Positions 1 through 12,106 of a stretch of DNA of 64,000 nucleotides are shown piece after piece; within the stretch, counting starts at the first letter, position 1; every line of letters begins with the position of its first letter. The notes under the pieces are model-generated. The model had not been told where the DNA came from. It saw nothing but the letters and a program-made list of their open reading frames with translations, and did no database searches. The position numbers were made by a program, and so were the translations under genes. This stretch comes from Eledone cirrhosa. Its lineage: Eukaryota. The stretch is taken from NCBI GenBank assembly GCA_964016885.1, contig OZ024743.1, forward strand, positions 311,798,001-311,862,000, given 5' to 3'.

Positions 1-2628
1 ACTTATAGAATACTTAGCTGTGTACAGGAACTGGTTTGAAAGAGCGGTTGCCGGTCCGGCAGAAATTAGAAATTGGAATAAATGCTCTGAAATAGCGATA
101 TATATGTGAATATAGACATAGAATATTCGAAAATATTCTGTATGTTTATAATAAACATTTTGAAGACCTAATCGCTATAGAATAGAATACGTCACGTATT
201 ACAATTAGATTCTCGATAAAAGCAAGGGAAGTAATCTACGCGTTTCATTCTCGTTAGAACTCATCAGGACTACATATCCAGTGCTTTTATCGAGAATGAC
301 ACAGCTAGAGACTTATAGAATACTTAGCTGTGTACAGGAACTGGTTTGAAAGAGCGGTTGCCGGTCCGGCAGAAATTAGAAATTGGAATAAATGCTCTGA
401 AATAGCGATATATATGTGAATATAGACATAGAATATTCGAAAATATTCTGTATGTTTATAATAAACATTTTGAAGACCTAATCGCTATAGAATAGAATAC
501 GTCACGTATTACAATTAGATTCTCGATAAAAGCAAGGGAAGTAATCTACGCGTTTCATTCTCGTTAGAACTCATCAGGACTACATATCCAGTGCTTTTAT
601 CGAGAATGACACAGCTAGAGACTTATAGAATACTTAGCTGTGTACAGGAACTGGTTTGAAAGAGCGGTTGCCGGTCCGGCAGAAATTAGAAATTGGAATA
701 AATGCTCTGAAATAGCGATATATATGTGAATATAGACATAGAATATTCGAAAATATTCTGTATGTTTATAATAAACATTTTGAAGACCTAATCGCTATAG
801 AATAGAATACGTCACGTATTACAATTAGATTCTCGATAAAAGCAAGGGAAGTAATCTACGCGTTTCATTCTCGTTAGAACTCATCAGGACTACATATCCA
901 GTGCTTTTATCGAGAATGACACAGCTAGAGACTTATAGAATACTTAGCTGTGTACAGGAACTGGTTTGAAAGAGCGGTTGCCGGTCCGGCAGAAATTAGA
1001 AATTGGAATAAATGCTCTGAAATAGCGATATATATGTGAATATAGACATAGAATATTCGAAAATATTCTGTATGTTTATAATAAACATTTTGAAGACCTA
1101 ATCGCTATAGAATAGAATACGTCACGTATTACAATTAGATTCTCGATAAAAGCAAGGGAAGTAATCTACGCGTTTCATTCTCGTTAGAACTCATCAGGAC
1201 TACATATCCAGTGCTTTTATCGAGAATGACACAGCTAGAGACTTATAGAATACTTAGCTGTGTACAGGAACTGGTTTGAAAGAGCGGTTGCCGGTCCGGC
1301 AGAAATTAGAAATTGGAATAAATGCTCTGAAATAGCGATATATATGTGAATATAGACATAGAATATTCGAAAATATTCTGTATGTTTATAATAAACATTT
1401 TGAAGACCTAATCGCTATAGAATAGAATACGTCACGTATTACAATTAGATTCTCGATAAAAGCAAGGGAAGTAATCTACGCGTTTCATTCTCGTTAGAAC
1501 TCATCAGGACTACATATCCAGTGCTTTTATCGAGAATGACACAGCTAGAGACTTATAGAATACTTAGCTGTGTACAGGAACTGGTTTGAAAGAGCGGTTG
1601 CCGGTCCGGCAGAAATTAGAAATTGGAATAAATGCTCTGAAATAGCGATATATATGTGAATATAGACATAGAATATTCGAAAATATTCTGTATGTTTATA
1701 ATAAACATTTTGAAGACCTAATCGCTATAGAATAGAATACGTCACGTATTACAATTAGATTCTCGATAAAAGCAAGGGAAGTAATCTACGCGTTTCATTC
1801 TCGTTAGAACTCATCAGGACTACATATCCAGTGCTTTTATCGAGAATGACACAGCTAGAGACTTATAGAATACTTAGCTGTGTACAGGAACTGGTTTGAA
1901 AGAGCGGTTGCCGGTCCGGCAGAAATTAGAAATTGGAATAAATGCTCTGAAATAGCGATATATATGTGAATATAGACATAGAATATTCGAAAATATTCTG
2001 TATGTTTATAATAAACATTTTGAAGACCTAATCGCTATAGAATAGAATACGTCACGTATTACAATTAGATTCTCGATAAAAGCAAGGGAAGTAATCTACG
2101 CGTTTCATTCTCGTTAGAACTCATCAGGACTACATATCCAGTGCTTTTATCGAGAATGACACAGCTAGAGACTTATAGAATACTTAGCTGTGTACAGGAA
2201 CTGGTTTGAAAGAGCGGTTGCCGGTCCGGCAGAAATTAGAAATTGGAATAAATGCTCTGAAATAGCGATATATATGTGAATATAGACATAGAATATTCGA
2301 AAATATTCTGTATGTTTATAATAAACATTTTGAAGACCTAATCGCTATAGAATAGAATACGTCACGTATTACAATTAGATTCTCGATAAAAGCAAGGGAA
2401 GTAATCTACGCGTTTCATTCTCGTTAGAACTCATCAGGACTACATATCCAGTGCTTTTATCGAGAATGACACAGCTAGAGACTTATAGAATACTTAGCTG
2501 TGTACAGGAACTGGTTTGAAAGAGCGGTTGCCGGTCCGGCAGAAATTAGAAATTGGAATAAATGCTCTGAAATAGCGATATATATGTGAATATAGACATA
2601 GAATATTCGAAAATATTCTGTATGTTTA
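1..2628 (-). repeat. Tandem array of apparently identical 310-bp units (8 full plus about 0.5; runs off the window start); hammerhead-bearing retrozyme-like repeat
   Basis: Unit start acttatagaatacttagctg recurs at 1, 311, 621, 931, 1241, 1551, 1861, 2171 and 2481. Each full unit has a minus-strand HHR, e.g. 231-273, 541-583 ... 2401-2443. Confidence 0.95.
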
Positions 2629-3332
2629 TTATAAACATACAGAATATTTTCGAATATTTTCGAATATTCTATGTCTATATTCACATATATATCGCTATTT
2701 CAGAGCATTTATTCCAATTTCTAATTTCTGCCGGACCGGCAACCGCTCTTTCAAACCAGTTCCTGTACACAGCTAAGTATTCTATAAGTCTCTAGCTGTG
2801 TCATTCTCGATAAAAGCACTGGATATGTAGTCCTGATGAGTTCTAACGAGAATGAAACGCGTAGATTACTTCCCTTGCTTTTATCGAGAATCTAATTGTA
2901 ATACGTGACGTATTCTATTCTATAGCGATTAGGTCTTCAAAATGTTTATTATAAACATACAGAATATTTTCGAATATTCTATGTCTATATTCACATATAT
3001 ATCGCTATTTCAGAGCATTTATTCCAATTTCTAATTTCTGCCGGACCGGCAACCGCTCTTTCAAACCAGTTCCTGTACACAGCTAAGTATTCTATAAGTC
3101 TCTAGCTGTGTCATTCTCGATAAAAGCACTGGATATGTAGTCCTGATGAGTTCTAACGAGAATGAAACGCGTAGATTACTTCCCTTGCTTTTATCGAGAA
3201 TCTAATTGTAATACGTGACGTATTCTATTCTATAGCGATTAGGTCTTCAAAATGTTTATTATAAACATACAGAATATTTTCGAATATTCTATGTCTATAT
3301 TCACATATATATCGCTATTTCAGAGCATTTAT

Positions 3333-3338
<6 letters not shown>
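2629..3338 (+). repeat. Inverted arm (about 2.25 units) of the 310-bp repeat, ending in (TA)n
   Basis: Reverse complement of the left array. The junction lies at the unit's own hairpin tgtttataataaaca, with a 10-bp duplication (cgaatatttt). Confidence 0.95.
2827..2869 (+). ncRNA. Type I hammerhead ribozyme (310-bp family); second plus copy at 3137-3179
   Basis: GTAGTC-CTGATGA-GTTCT(AACG)AGAAT-GAAA-C(GC)G-TA^-GATTAC. Stem I is GTAGTC/GATTAC and extends through TTCTCGATAAAAGCA/TGCTTTTATCGAGAA (15 bp). Predicted cleavage after 2863. Confidence 0.9.
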
Positions 3339-3380
<42 letters not shown>

Positions 3381-3382
<2 letters not shown>

Positions 3383-4142
3383 CGAAGGAATTGTGGTAAG
3401 GAACCAGATGGACCATTTTATAGCAGATGTGTTGGACCCCGTAATTGTTTCTTTTTTGTTACTACACCATTTCTACAATTTCTAAATTCCTTATTAAGTA
3501 TTTTTTTTCTCAACTTATTATCCTGTCATCGTAAGTTAGCATTGGCTGAATACGCTTTACTAACTATTTATAGCAGCGGTGTTAGACGCCCTGTAAAGCC
3601 GGCTTTAAAAATGTTTTTCCCTACCAACTGCAATCTCGTTTTTTTCCCATTCTCTACCTATTAAACTTTTCTATAGCTTAGCAATACTTACTAATTTTTA
3701 GCAGCTGATTTTGTTTTTTTCATTTCTCACTATCAATATTGTCTTCATATGTTTATTTTTATAAATAGTTTTATTTTACTCCCTTTCGACCTACCTATTA
3801 TTTCACACACACACACACACCCCTCCTTTTCTCCAGTAAAATTTTTCGACCTTTTATACACTATCCTTAGAATCTGCTGTATAGATTTCACTTTCAACGC
3901 CTGACTGGATTTCCCCCCTCCCTCTTTGTTCTACCGGCAAGTTCAGCCACCAAATGCCATGATAGATTTATCTGTCTTTATAACAAATTTTAACCGAACA
4001 TCTTGACAATTACTATCTTCCCATATAAGGAAATTCCCCTTGAGAAGTTTGGCTATTTATTTACCAGGCTAAAAATTCTTATTTAGTCCAGAAATAGCCG
4101 TCGAAACGGCTTGAGCTCTGCCGTCGGGGTCATACTTGTTCC

Positions 4143-4177
<35 letters not shown>

Positions 4178-4265
4178 ACTTTTTTTTATTACCCACTCTA
4201 CTACCCTAAGTATTGAGTACTCTGGTGCGTTATGTTCCATCTGGTTCCTTACCACAACTCCTTCG

Positions 4266-4267
<2 letters not shown>
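3381..4267 (+). mobile_element. About 850-bp non-coding TA-flanked element with short inverted 3' tail at the left end and variant HHR; tail fragments recur at about 23968-24095, 35023-35225, 37113-37191, 42377-42569, 60853-60981
   Basis: 3381-3416 is the inverted copy of about 4232-4267. The shared tail motifs gtattgagtac...ccttcgtt and gccgtcgaaacggcttgagctc occur in the other copies, all abutting (TA)n. Confidence 0.7.
4036..4118 (+). ncRNA. Putative U3-A8 variant hammerhead with long stem II (degenerate stem I)
   Basis: TTGAGAA (4040-4046), stem II GGCTATTT/AAATAGCC with inner hairpin GGCTAAA/TTTAGTC, then GAAA-CGGC-TT. Stem I is poorly paired in this copy. Confidence 0.5.
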
Positions 4268-4319
<52 letters not shown>

Positions 4320-4323
<4 letters not shown>

Positions 4324-5230
4324 GTCTTTTAAGACTATACAGAGCATTTGATGTTATTCCAAATTGAAGGATAAGTGTTTCAAACTTTATTTTATCATGA
4401 GTTAAAGGTCTATAGATTTTCCCTGGATTTTACTAAATTCTGTGGATGAATTTATATCCTGATTCTCTTTTGAGATGAGTTTGAGTTATTTTTCCTAAAT
4501 CTTTCGTTAACTACTTTTCCCATCTTGACGTTATAGTCGCATATATGTTATAGAATGCCGTTAGCTTCTTGCTAAAACAATCTCTATACCTCTCATTTAT
4601 ATTTATACTCGGATTCTTTTCCTAGAGTGCTTAAACTATCTGTGACTAATCCCGGTTTTTTTCATAAAAACTGTGATAATTATTGCTATTTTGCTGAACT
4701 CCTTTGTAGAGTTTTTTTTCAGAATGTATTTGACTGCTATTTCTTGTAAATAAACATTCACTTCCATCCTGACGTCACTAGCCCCGTTTTTTCCTCATGT
4801 GCTTTTTCATAAATACACATGAAGGCGAACTAGCCCGTTTTAGAATTCCCTTTTTCGGATTATATTACTGTGAGAGCCCTGGTTTTCTGTTGAGCTCTGC
4901 TGATGATTGAAATTCCAACCGTGACCATCTCCACTGAAAGTTTTCATGAAATAGTCTTTTAAGACTATACAGAGCATTTGATGTTATTCCAAATTGAAGG
5001 ATAAGTGTTTCAAACTTTATTTTATCATGAGTTAAAGGTCTATAGATTTTCCCTGGATTTTACTAAATTCTGTGGATGAATTTATATCCTGATTCTCTTT
5101 TGAGATGAGTTTGAGTTATTTTTCCTAAATCTTTCGTTAACTACTTTTCCCATCTTGACGTTATAGTCGCATATATGTTATAGAATGCCGTTAGCTTCTT
5201 GCTAAAACAATCTCTATACCTCTCATTTAT
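4320..5230 (+). repeat. Tandem 630-bp unit (about 1.45 copies) between (TA)n tracts; diverged fragment at about 60450-60670 (-)
   Basis: atagtcttttaagactatacagagc at 4321 and 4951, with the following about 280 bp identical. Confidence 0.9.
4894..4975 (+). ncRNA. Type I hammerhead ribozyme with full stem III (630-bp family)
   Basis: GCTCTG-CTGATGA-(TGAAA...TTTCA stem II with about 28-nt loop)-GAA-ATAGTC(TTTTAA)GACTAT-A^-CAGAGC. Stem I GCTCTG/CAGAGC is perfect. Confidence 0.85.
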
Positions 5231-5250
5231 ATATATATATGTATATATAT

Positions 5251-5880
5251 TTATTAAAATAACAGATTAAAGTTTAAGCAAAGAATCGCTGCTTTCACCC
5301 TTAACGGGATCTTCTGAAACTAACAAAGTCAATCTGTAAACGCAGAAGTGGATATTTCAAAAAATGTTGCAACCGGAGGAAGACAGGAAGACGATACTTT
5401 GGTTCGTGGAAACGTTCGCTGGCAAAGAACGGGGAAAAACGGATAATACGTCATTAATAGGAGCGGTGAAAAACAATTACGCGCAAAGACAGAACCACGT
5501 TTATGGTATAAAAGAGGTCGTAGACTAATGTTCTCTTAGGTGGTTCATAGAGACGTTCTCTGGCAATGAACGAAAAAAACGAAGATAATACGTCATATGT
5601 GGAGCGTGGAGAACAATTCCAACAAATACGCGCCCAATTACCTCCGTGTCCACGTACATCCACAAAGAAGATACACGCACACATGTATATATCTCCGTTT
5701 GTACCCCAATGTGATATACTCACAGTCATATAAATCTGCACAAGAGGTCATACAGGGTCATCCATGGAAGGGTGCATCCTGTTATACTTGCACAAATATA
5801 AACCATGTAACCATATACATACATCTATACACATACATGTATGTATACATACACACATATAAATAGATAAATAGATAATA
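5251..5880 (-). repeat. Unclassified TA-flanked repeat; the same end recurs at about 21905-21970 and 45990-46141
   Basis: Shared agatcccgttaagggtgaaagcagcgattctttgcttaaactttaatctgttattttaata terminus abutting TA tracts. Confidence 0.6.
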
Positions 5881-6251
5881 AGAACTTGAATGATAAGAGA
5901 TTCTATATGTATATAAAAGTTTGTTTTTTATAATACCCACGCTAATTTGTGTTTATAATCCATTGAGTTATACAGATTTTATAAATAACCTAATCATATT
6001 CACCTTCTCACATTTTGATTTTATTATATTGTGTATGTGACTAAATTGAATTGCTTTAAACAGATATTTTTCGTTTTTGTTTCCGTTTAACGAACCATGA
6101 AACGATCTTTGTTATTATTCAATGAGATATTATATGGAGAGTCTTTCATTTCATCTCGGTCTTTTCAAATTAAGAACGTCTGATAATTATATGATTCTTT
6201 CTCTTGTCTAGACATTTCAGGACTATAATACAAGATTGTCGCAGGGGAGCC

Positions 6252-6287
<36 letters not shown>

Positions 6288-6295
<8 letters not shown>

Positions 6296-7142
6296 GGAAA
6301 AAATGAAATTTCATTTCTCACTCTTAGTACGGCTGATACTTAAATATAAGTATGTATACGTACATACATATATGTATACAGACGTACAGTAGTATGTATA
6401 TACATACATACATGCACACACATATATACATGTACGTATGGGTGAACATTTATTATAATGCTTGGTTTGTTTGTAAACAAACAGCCCGAATTATTAGCCG
6501 TACAGTGTTCGGCAACCATCGTTGCCCTTTTGTTCAACTCTGACAAAGGAACGATGAATTAGTTTCTATCGTATTAGCTGTCATCAGCACCGTATACCTT
6601 CCTATCAGTTGATTGAACGTTTGAAAGTATATACTTTCCTTATGCATATAAACGGCTGAGCAGCCTAATTTGTATATCGAGTGAGTTAGTCGGCCGGGCG
6701 TACCGAAAACGATAAATGGAAAAAATGAAATTTCATTTCTCACTCTTAGTACGGCTGATACTTAAATTTTTTCCTTTTATCGATTTCGGCACGCCCGACC
6801 GACTAACTCACTCTATATGCAAATTAGGCTGCTCAGCCGTTAATATGCATAAGGAAAGTATATACTTTCAAACGTTCAATTAACTGACAGGAAGGTATAC
6901 GGTGCTGATGACAGCTAATAAGCTAGAAACTAGTACATCGTTCCTTTGTCAGTGTTGAACAAAAGGGCAACGATGGTTGCCGAACACTGTACGGCTTAAT
7001 TCGGGGTGTTTGTTTACAAACAAACCGAGGATTATAATAAATGTTCGGTAAACCCATACGTACATATATATATGTGTGCATGTATGTATATATATACATA
7101 CTACTGTACGTCTGTATACATATATGTATGTACGTATACATA

Positions 7143-7146
<4 letters not shown>
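6288..7146. mobile_element. About 425-bp HHR family: about 1.1 tandem units (sense -) plus inverted arm (sense +)
   Basis: 6288-6345 is repeated at about 6715-6767, and 6768-7146 is the reverse complement of the unit. Flanked by (TA)n on both sides. Confidence 0.9.
6899..6941 (+). ncRNA. Type I hammerhead ribozyme (425-bp family); degenerate minus copy at 6551-6593
   Basis: ACGGTG-CTGATGA-cAGCT(AATA)AGCTa-GAAA-C(TA)G-TA^-CATCGT, with distal stem I CTGACAGGAAGG/CCTTTGTCAG. Confidence 0.88.
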
Positions 7147-7187
<41 letters not shown>

Positions 7188-7237
7188 AGAAAAAGTTTCT
7201 TTTACATATAGTTAATCTTTTACTGAATCACATACAC

Positions 7238-7285
<48 letters not shown>

Positions 7286-7425
7286 AGTCTAGCTATCTCT
7301 ATATACATATCTATCTATCTATTTCACTTTTTCTATTCGTGTTGATAAAGAGGGGTGGTTGGCAGAGACAACAGAAAGTCGGCATAAATTCCTCTTTAGT
7401 TAGTTATATTCTACGTTCAAATATC

Positions 7426-7487
<62 letters not shown>

Positions 7488-7681
7488 GAAATATATCTCG
7501 CATTCGTTGTTCTGCAAAGAACTGAATGGAAACAAGATAGAAAAAAAATCATTCCTGTGCTTACTTCTGCAAGACTGTTACAGAAAGCAATATTAATTAT
7601 ATAATGTAACACATTTAACAAGGTATGAAAGCAATCAGAATATAAAAATATTACCTACATTACTTGTTATACCTAAGATAG

Positions 7682-7714
<33 letters not shown>

Positions 7715-8261
7715 CGCGCGCGCGCGTTTACTGTTTGCGTGAGTCCTTTAACCTAGCTGTTCGACAAATAGAGATCAATAAACAATGCACCACACTTGAA
7801 AAATTAAATAACTACTGCGGTTAATATGATCAAATAAGATCCCTTTATAGAGATGTCCCAGCATGGCCGCAATCTAATGGCTGAAATCAAGAAAAATAAT
7901 AAACGAAGATGAGACATTATTAATATCGAAATTACATGTTGTCAGATATAATGCAATATTTTTTTTTTTATATATATTGAGCATAAATTGAATATAACTT
8001 GAGATATTGACTACTTTTGTAAGCTCCAATACTGACCCTTAACTGTTGATAGAAAAGCACGGATGCCGATGTGGATTATACAAGGCTTAACTTGCCTATA
8101 AGCTAAATAAACTATAGCTTAGTGCCACACACCCTCGAGAGGGCTTCATTTTTTTAAATAGATTATGTTTATTTTTCTATGTGGCAAATGGAATAAATTA
8201 ATTAATTGGTTAAAAGGAATATTTTGTAACTAATTTAATTTTGTAATCATTAATGAATATT

Positions 8262-8590
8262 GATTTCTGATTTTGGCTCAAGGCCAACAATTTTGTGGGA
8301 GGGGAAAGTCGATTAAATCGACTCCAGTACGTGACTGGTAAATTTATTTTATCGACCCCGGAAGGATGAAAGGCAAAGCGAACCTCGGCGAGATTTAAAC
8401 TCAGATCTTTAATAAATAATAGTTTCTGATTTAGGCACAAAGCCAACAATTGGGGGGGGGGGGGGCGATTAAATCGACACCAGTACGTTACTAGTGCTTT
8501 ATGTTATCGACCCCGTAAGGATGACGGAGTTTGAACTCAGAATGTAAAGAGCCGTAACTATATGCCGCAAAGCATAATGTCCGACACTCT
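8262..8590 (-). mobile_element. Two adjacent OK-like SINE fragments
   Basis: Matches the recurrent ttatcgaccccgtaaggatgaaaggcaaag..aacctcggcgggatttgaactcaga consensus. Confidence 0.8.
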
Positions 8591-9081
8591 AAATAATAAC
8601 CATGTATAATTATACATGGTTATTATTTAGAGTGTCGGACATTATGTTTTTTACCCGAATTGTTTTAGAGAAAGGCCTCAAATTTCATATAACTTAGTGG
8701 CAAAGCAGATGAAATCCAGCCCCCGAATTACGAGTTGTCTTAGATATTTTAAACCTGGTGGAGCACATCTCTCTCTAGGTCTGAACACAGCCGGTTTCTT
8801 CCAGGGAAAGAGAGGGTGAAAACGAAATAAATAGAATGAGGGAGAGACAGGGACCTCCATGGACCTGAACTCCCGATAAAGTTGTGTCATACGTCATATC
8901 TTGGGCATTTAAACATGACGGTCCCATCTCTCTCTAGGTCTGATCACGGGTGGTTTCTGCCTAAGAGAAAGAGAGGGTGAGAGTGAAAGTGAGAGAAAGA
9001 GGAAGTGAAAAAGAGGTGATATAGAGGAAGAATCAATCCATATTCTGTATTGGTACTATATTTATTGGCCCTGAAGCTCCA

Positions 9082-9360
9082 GTGGAGGCACATGGCTTAG
9101 TGGTAAGTGTGTTGGACTTACGATCATAATGCTGTGGGCTCGATTCCTGTATTGGGTTGTGTGTTGCGTTCTTGAACAAAACATTTCATTTCACGATGCT
9201 CCAATATACCCAGCAGAAAACGAGTACCAGTAGTAGATACGGGTTTAACAATGCGATGAACTGTCGTCCTGTCCAGGGGTTGTCCTGTACTCTCAGTCAC
9301 TTAACGCCACGGAAACTGGGATAAAATCGGTCTGATGAGCCTCCGGGCTTGAGACATACT
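9082..9360 (+). mobile_element. tRNA-derived SINE (second family); other copies or heads at about 24846-24985 (+), 49155-49300 (-), 56150-56270 (-), 56845-56970 (-), 59420-59550 (-)
   Basis: tRNA-like head with A box tggcttagtgg and B box ggctcgattcc, followed by conserved body tgtgttgcgttcttgaacaaaacatttcatttcac and a T-rich tail. Confidence 0.8.
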
Positions 9361-9677
9361 TTTTTTTTTTTTAGAAACGATTCAAGTTACAGTTGACACC
9401 GGAGAGATTTAAACTTAGGGCGCATAGTGCTGAAACAAATATTACAAAACATTCTATTCGACGTTCTCACTTCACCGCCTGTTCGAATATTACTCGTCTA
9501 ATGATAGAGGGTGGAGTCACAGGGGAGATAAATTAAATATAACAAGAAAAGAAGTGTAAGGGAAATAACCCACAATTAACATCACACCACCTGATTAATA
9601 TATAATATAAATTAGATTAATGGAGTTTATAGATATACAAAGTGAACTGTAGGTAGTTTGTCGATACAACAACTCAT

Positions 9678-9861
9678 AATTGTTTCTATTTTAGGCACAA
9701 GGCCAGCAATTACCCAGTACATTACTGGTGCTTTATTTTATCGACCCCGTAAGCATGAAAGGCAAAGTTAACCGCGGCGGGATTTGAACTCAGATCATAA
9801 AGGGACGTAACTCTATGCTTCAAAGCATGGTGTCCGACTCTCTACCGATACTGCCAATCCA
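9678..9861 (-). mobile_element. OK-like SINE
   Basis: Near full-length match to the window's dominant SINE consensus. Confidence 0.8.
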
Positions 9862-10245
9862 ACAACTCATAATAATAGCGGCCAACGAACGGGCAAGTTT
9901 CGACCATTCAATGTGAATGACTATATAAACTTATTTAAATTTCCTATGCGTTACTTTTTAATAAAGTTTGATAGCAAACCAAATAAAACTGCCCTTGATT
10001 CTCGATAGAAAACTATCTTAATGTGTATAATATATATTTATCTAAAAACTGTCCTTAAGTTATGTCCCAAACAACAGCTTAATAGTGAGAAAGTTAAAGT
10101 CCCTCCAAATTCTTGATTATTTTCAAAATGATTTGAATACCATAAGCAGTGTCTTTCATTAGACATAGGCTAACGAAAAATGTTGGACTTTTATTTAAAT
10201 CACATTTTTTAGCAGTAAGCTTAGTAAGTTATCAATAGTCCACCA

Positions 10246-10675
10246 TATGTGCGTGTGTGTGTGTGTGTGTGTATGTATGTGTGCATATGTCTGTGTGGGA
10301 GGATATTGTGTGTACTTGTGTGTGTGTATGTGATAATGTATGCGTGTGTCTGTGTGTGTGTGCATGTGCCTGACTCTGTGTGACATTGTGTGTATGTGTG
10401 TGTGTGTCTGTGTGTGTGTCTGACTCTGTGTGACATTGTGTGTGTGTGTGTGTGCCTGACTCTGTGTGACATTGTGTGTGTGTGTGCCTGACTCTGTGTG
10501 GCAGTGTGTGTGTGTGTGTGTGCCTCTGTCTGTGTGTATGTGTGCCTTTGTTTGTGTCTATATGATATAGTGTGTGTGAGTATTTTCCTGTGCCTTTGTC
10601 TGTATGATATTGTGTGTGTGAGGGGATGTGTGTGTGTGTATATGTGCATGCCTGTGTCTGTTTGTGTGTGTGTCA
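10246..10675. repeat. Degenerate (GT)n with about 30-bp subrepeats (cctgactctgtgtgacattg)
   Basis: Direct inspection. Confidence 0.85.
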
Positions 10676-11097
10676 ATTATAAATGTTGTACAATAAACAA
10701 ATATCAATTTGTTTGAAAGTCTAAGTTATAAAATATTCTTAGATTTATCAGCGAAGTCATATATCTTTATGTCTTCTGAATTTAAGTATGTTAGAGTTTT
10801 ACTTAACAATGAATTCATGTACATGTAGAATTTTTTTATTTATTTATTTGTGTGGGTATATATTGTTTATATATATATTAATTCAAAATATTAACAAAAA
10901 TAGACATTCATGTGATCAAGTATATTTTATTATACATATTTCAGAGGTACTGAGCTAACTTCAACAGTATGTCCTCATCAGATAGAATAAGATGATGCAT
11001 GGCATACCCTGACATAGTAGATGGTTAAGATTCAGTGCTTCCTATCTATTGAAAACCCATTCTTTGATTTATTCATTGAACCTTGTTTAACCTTTAA

Positions 11098-11155
<58 letters not shown>

Positions 11156-11335
11156 TCGTATATATATGTATATATATATATGTGTGTGTATGTGTATGGT
11201 TGTGTGTGTGTGTGTGAATGACTGTATATTTATGGATGCGTACATGAATTTATGTATGCATTTATGTATACATATATTATAAAGTAAATAAGAATATATT
11301 TGTCATAAGTATATATGTATATATATATATATATA

Positions 11336-11396
11336 TAAATGTAAGTATGTATGTATACGTACATACATATATGTATACAGACGTACAGTAGCATGC

Positions 11397-11459
<63 letters not shown>

Positions 11460-11933
11460 CAGGTACACATACATATATGTACGTATCAGTTTAGCGGACG
11501 CTTATTATAGCGCCCGCTTTGTTCGTTTGTAAACAAACTGAACAGCCTGAATTTATGCCGTACGGTGTTAAGGCAACCACGTCACCTTTTTGTTCAACAT
11601 TGACACAGGAACGATGTACTAGTTTCAAGCTTGTTAGCTATCATCAGCACCGTATACCCTTCTGCCAGATGGTTGAACGTTCGAAAGTATATACTTTCCT
11701 TATGAAAATTAACGGCTGAGCAGCCTAATTTGCATATCGAGTGAGTTCTGTCGGCCAGGCGTACCGAAAACGATCAGTTGTAATAAAATGAAAACGAAAT
11801 TTCATTTCTCACTCTTAGTACGGCACTTACTTAAATGTAAGTATGTATGTATACGTACATACATATATGTATACATTTAAGTAAGTGCCGTACTAAGAGT
11901 GAAAAATGAAATTTCGTTTTCATTTTATTACAA

Positions 11934-11938
<5 letters not shown>
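11336..11938. mobile_element. 425-bp HHR family copy (sense -) with short inverted tail 11871-11938
   Basis: Homologous to 6288-6767. 11871-11938 is the reverse complement of about 11773-11838. (TA)n on both sides. Confidence 0.88.
11611..11653 (-). ncRNA. Type I hammerhead ribozyme (425-bp family)
   Basis: Minus strand ACGGTG-CTGATGA-tAGCT(AACA)AGCTt-GAAAC(TA)GTA^-CATCGT. Confidence 0.85.
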
Positions 11939-12004
<66 letters not shown>

Positions 12005-12068
12005 TATTTCCATTCAGATATAAACACTCATTAGTGAGACTCCCCCATCTACATTTACTGGCTATATC

Positions 12069-12106
<38 letters not shown>

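Noticed and set aside
1-2628. CRISPR array or simple centromeric satellite
   Set aside because: No unique spacers and a eukaryotic context. The embedded HHR, inversion and TA junction fit a retrozyme better.
9332-9353. CTGATGA-GCC(TCCG)GGC as a hammerhead
   Set aside because: Followed by TTGAGA rather than GAAA, with no stem III or NUH. It lies in a SINE tail.
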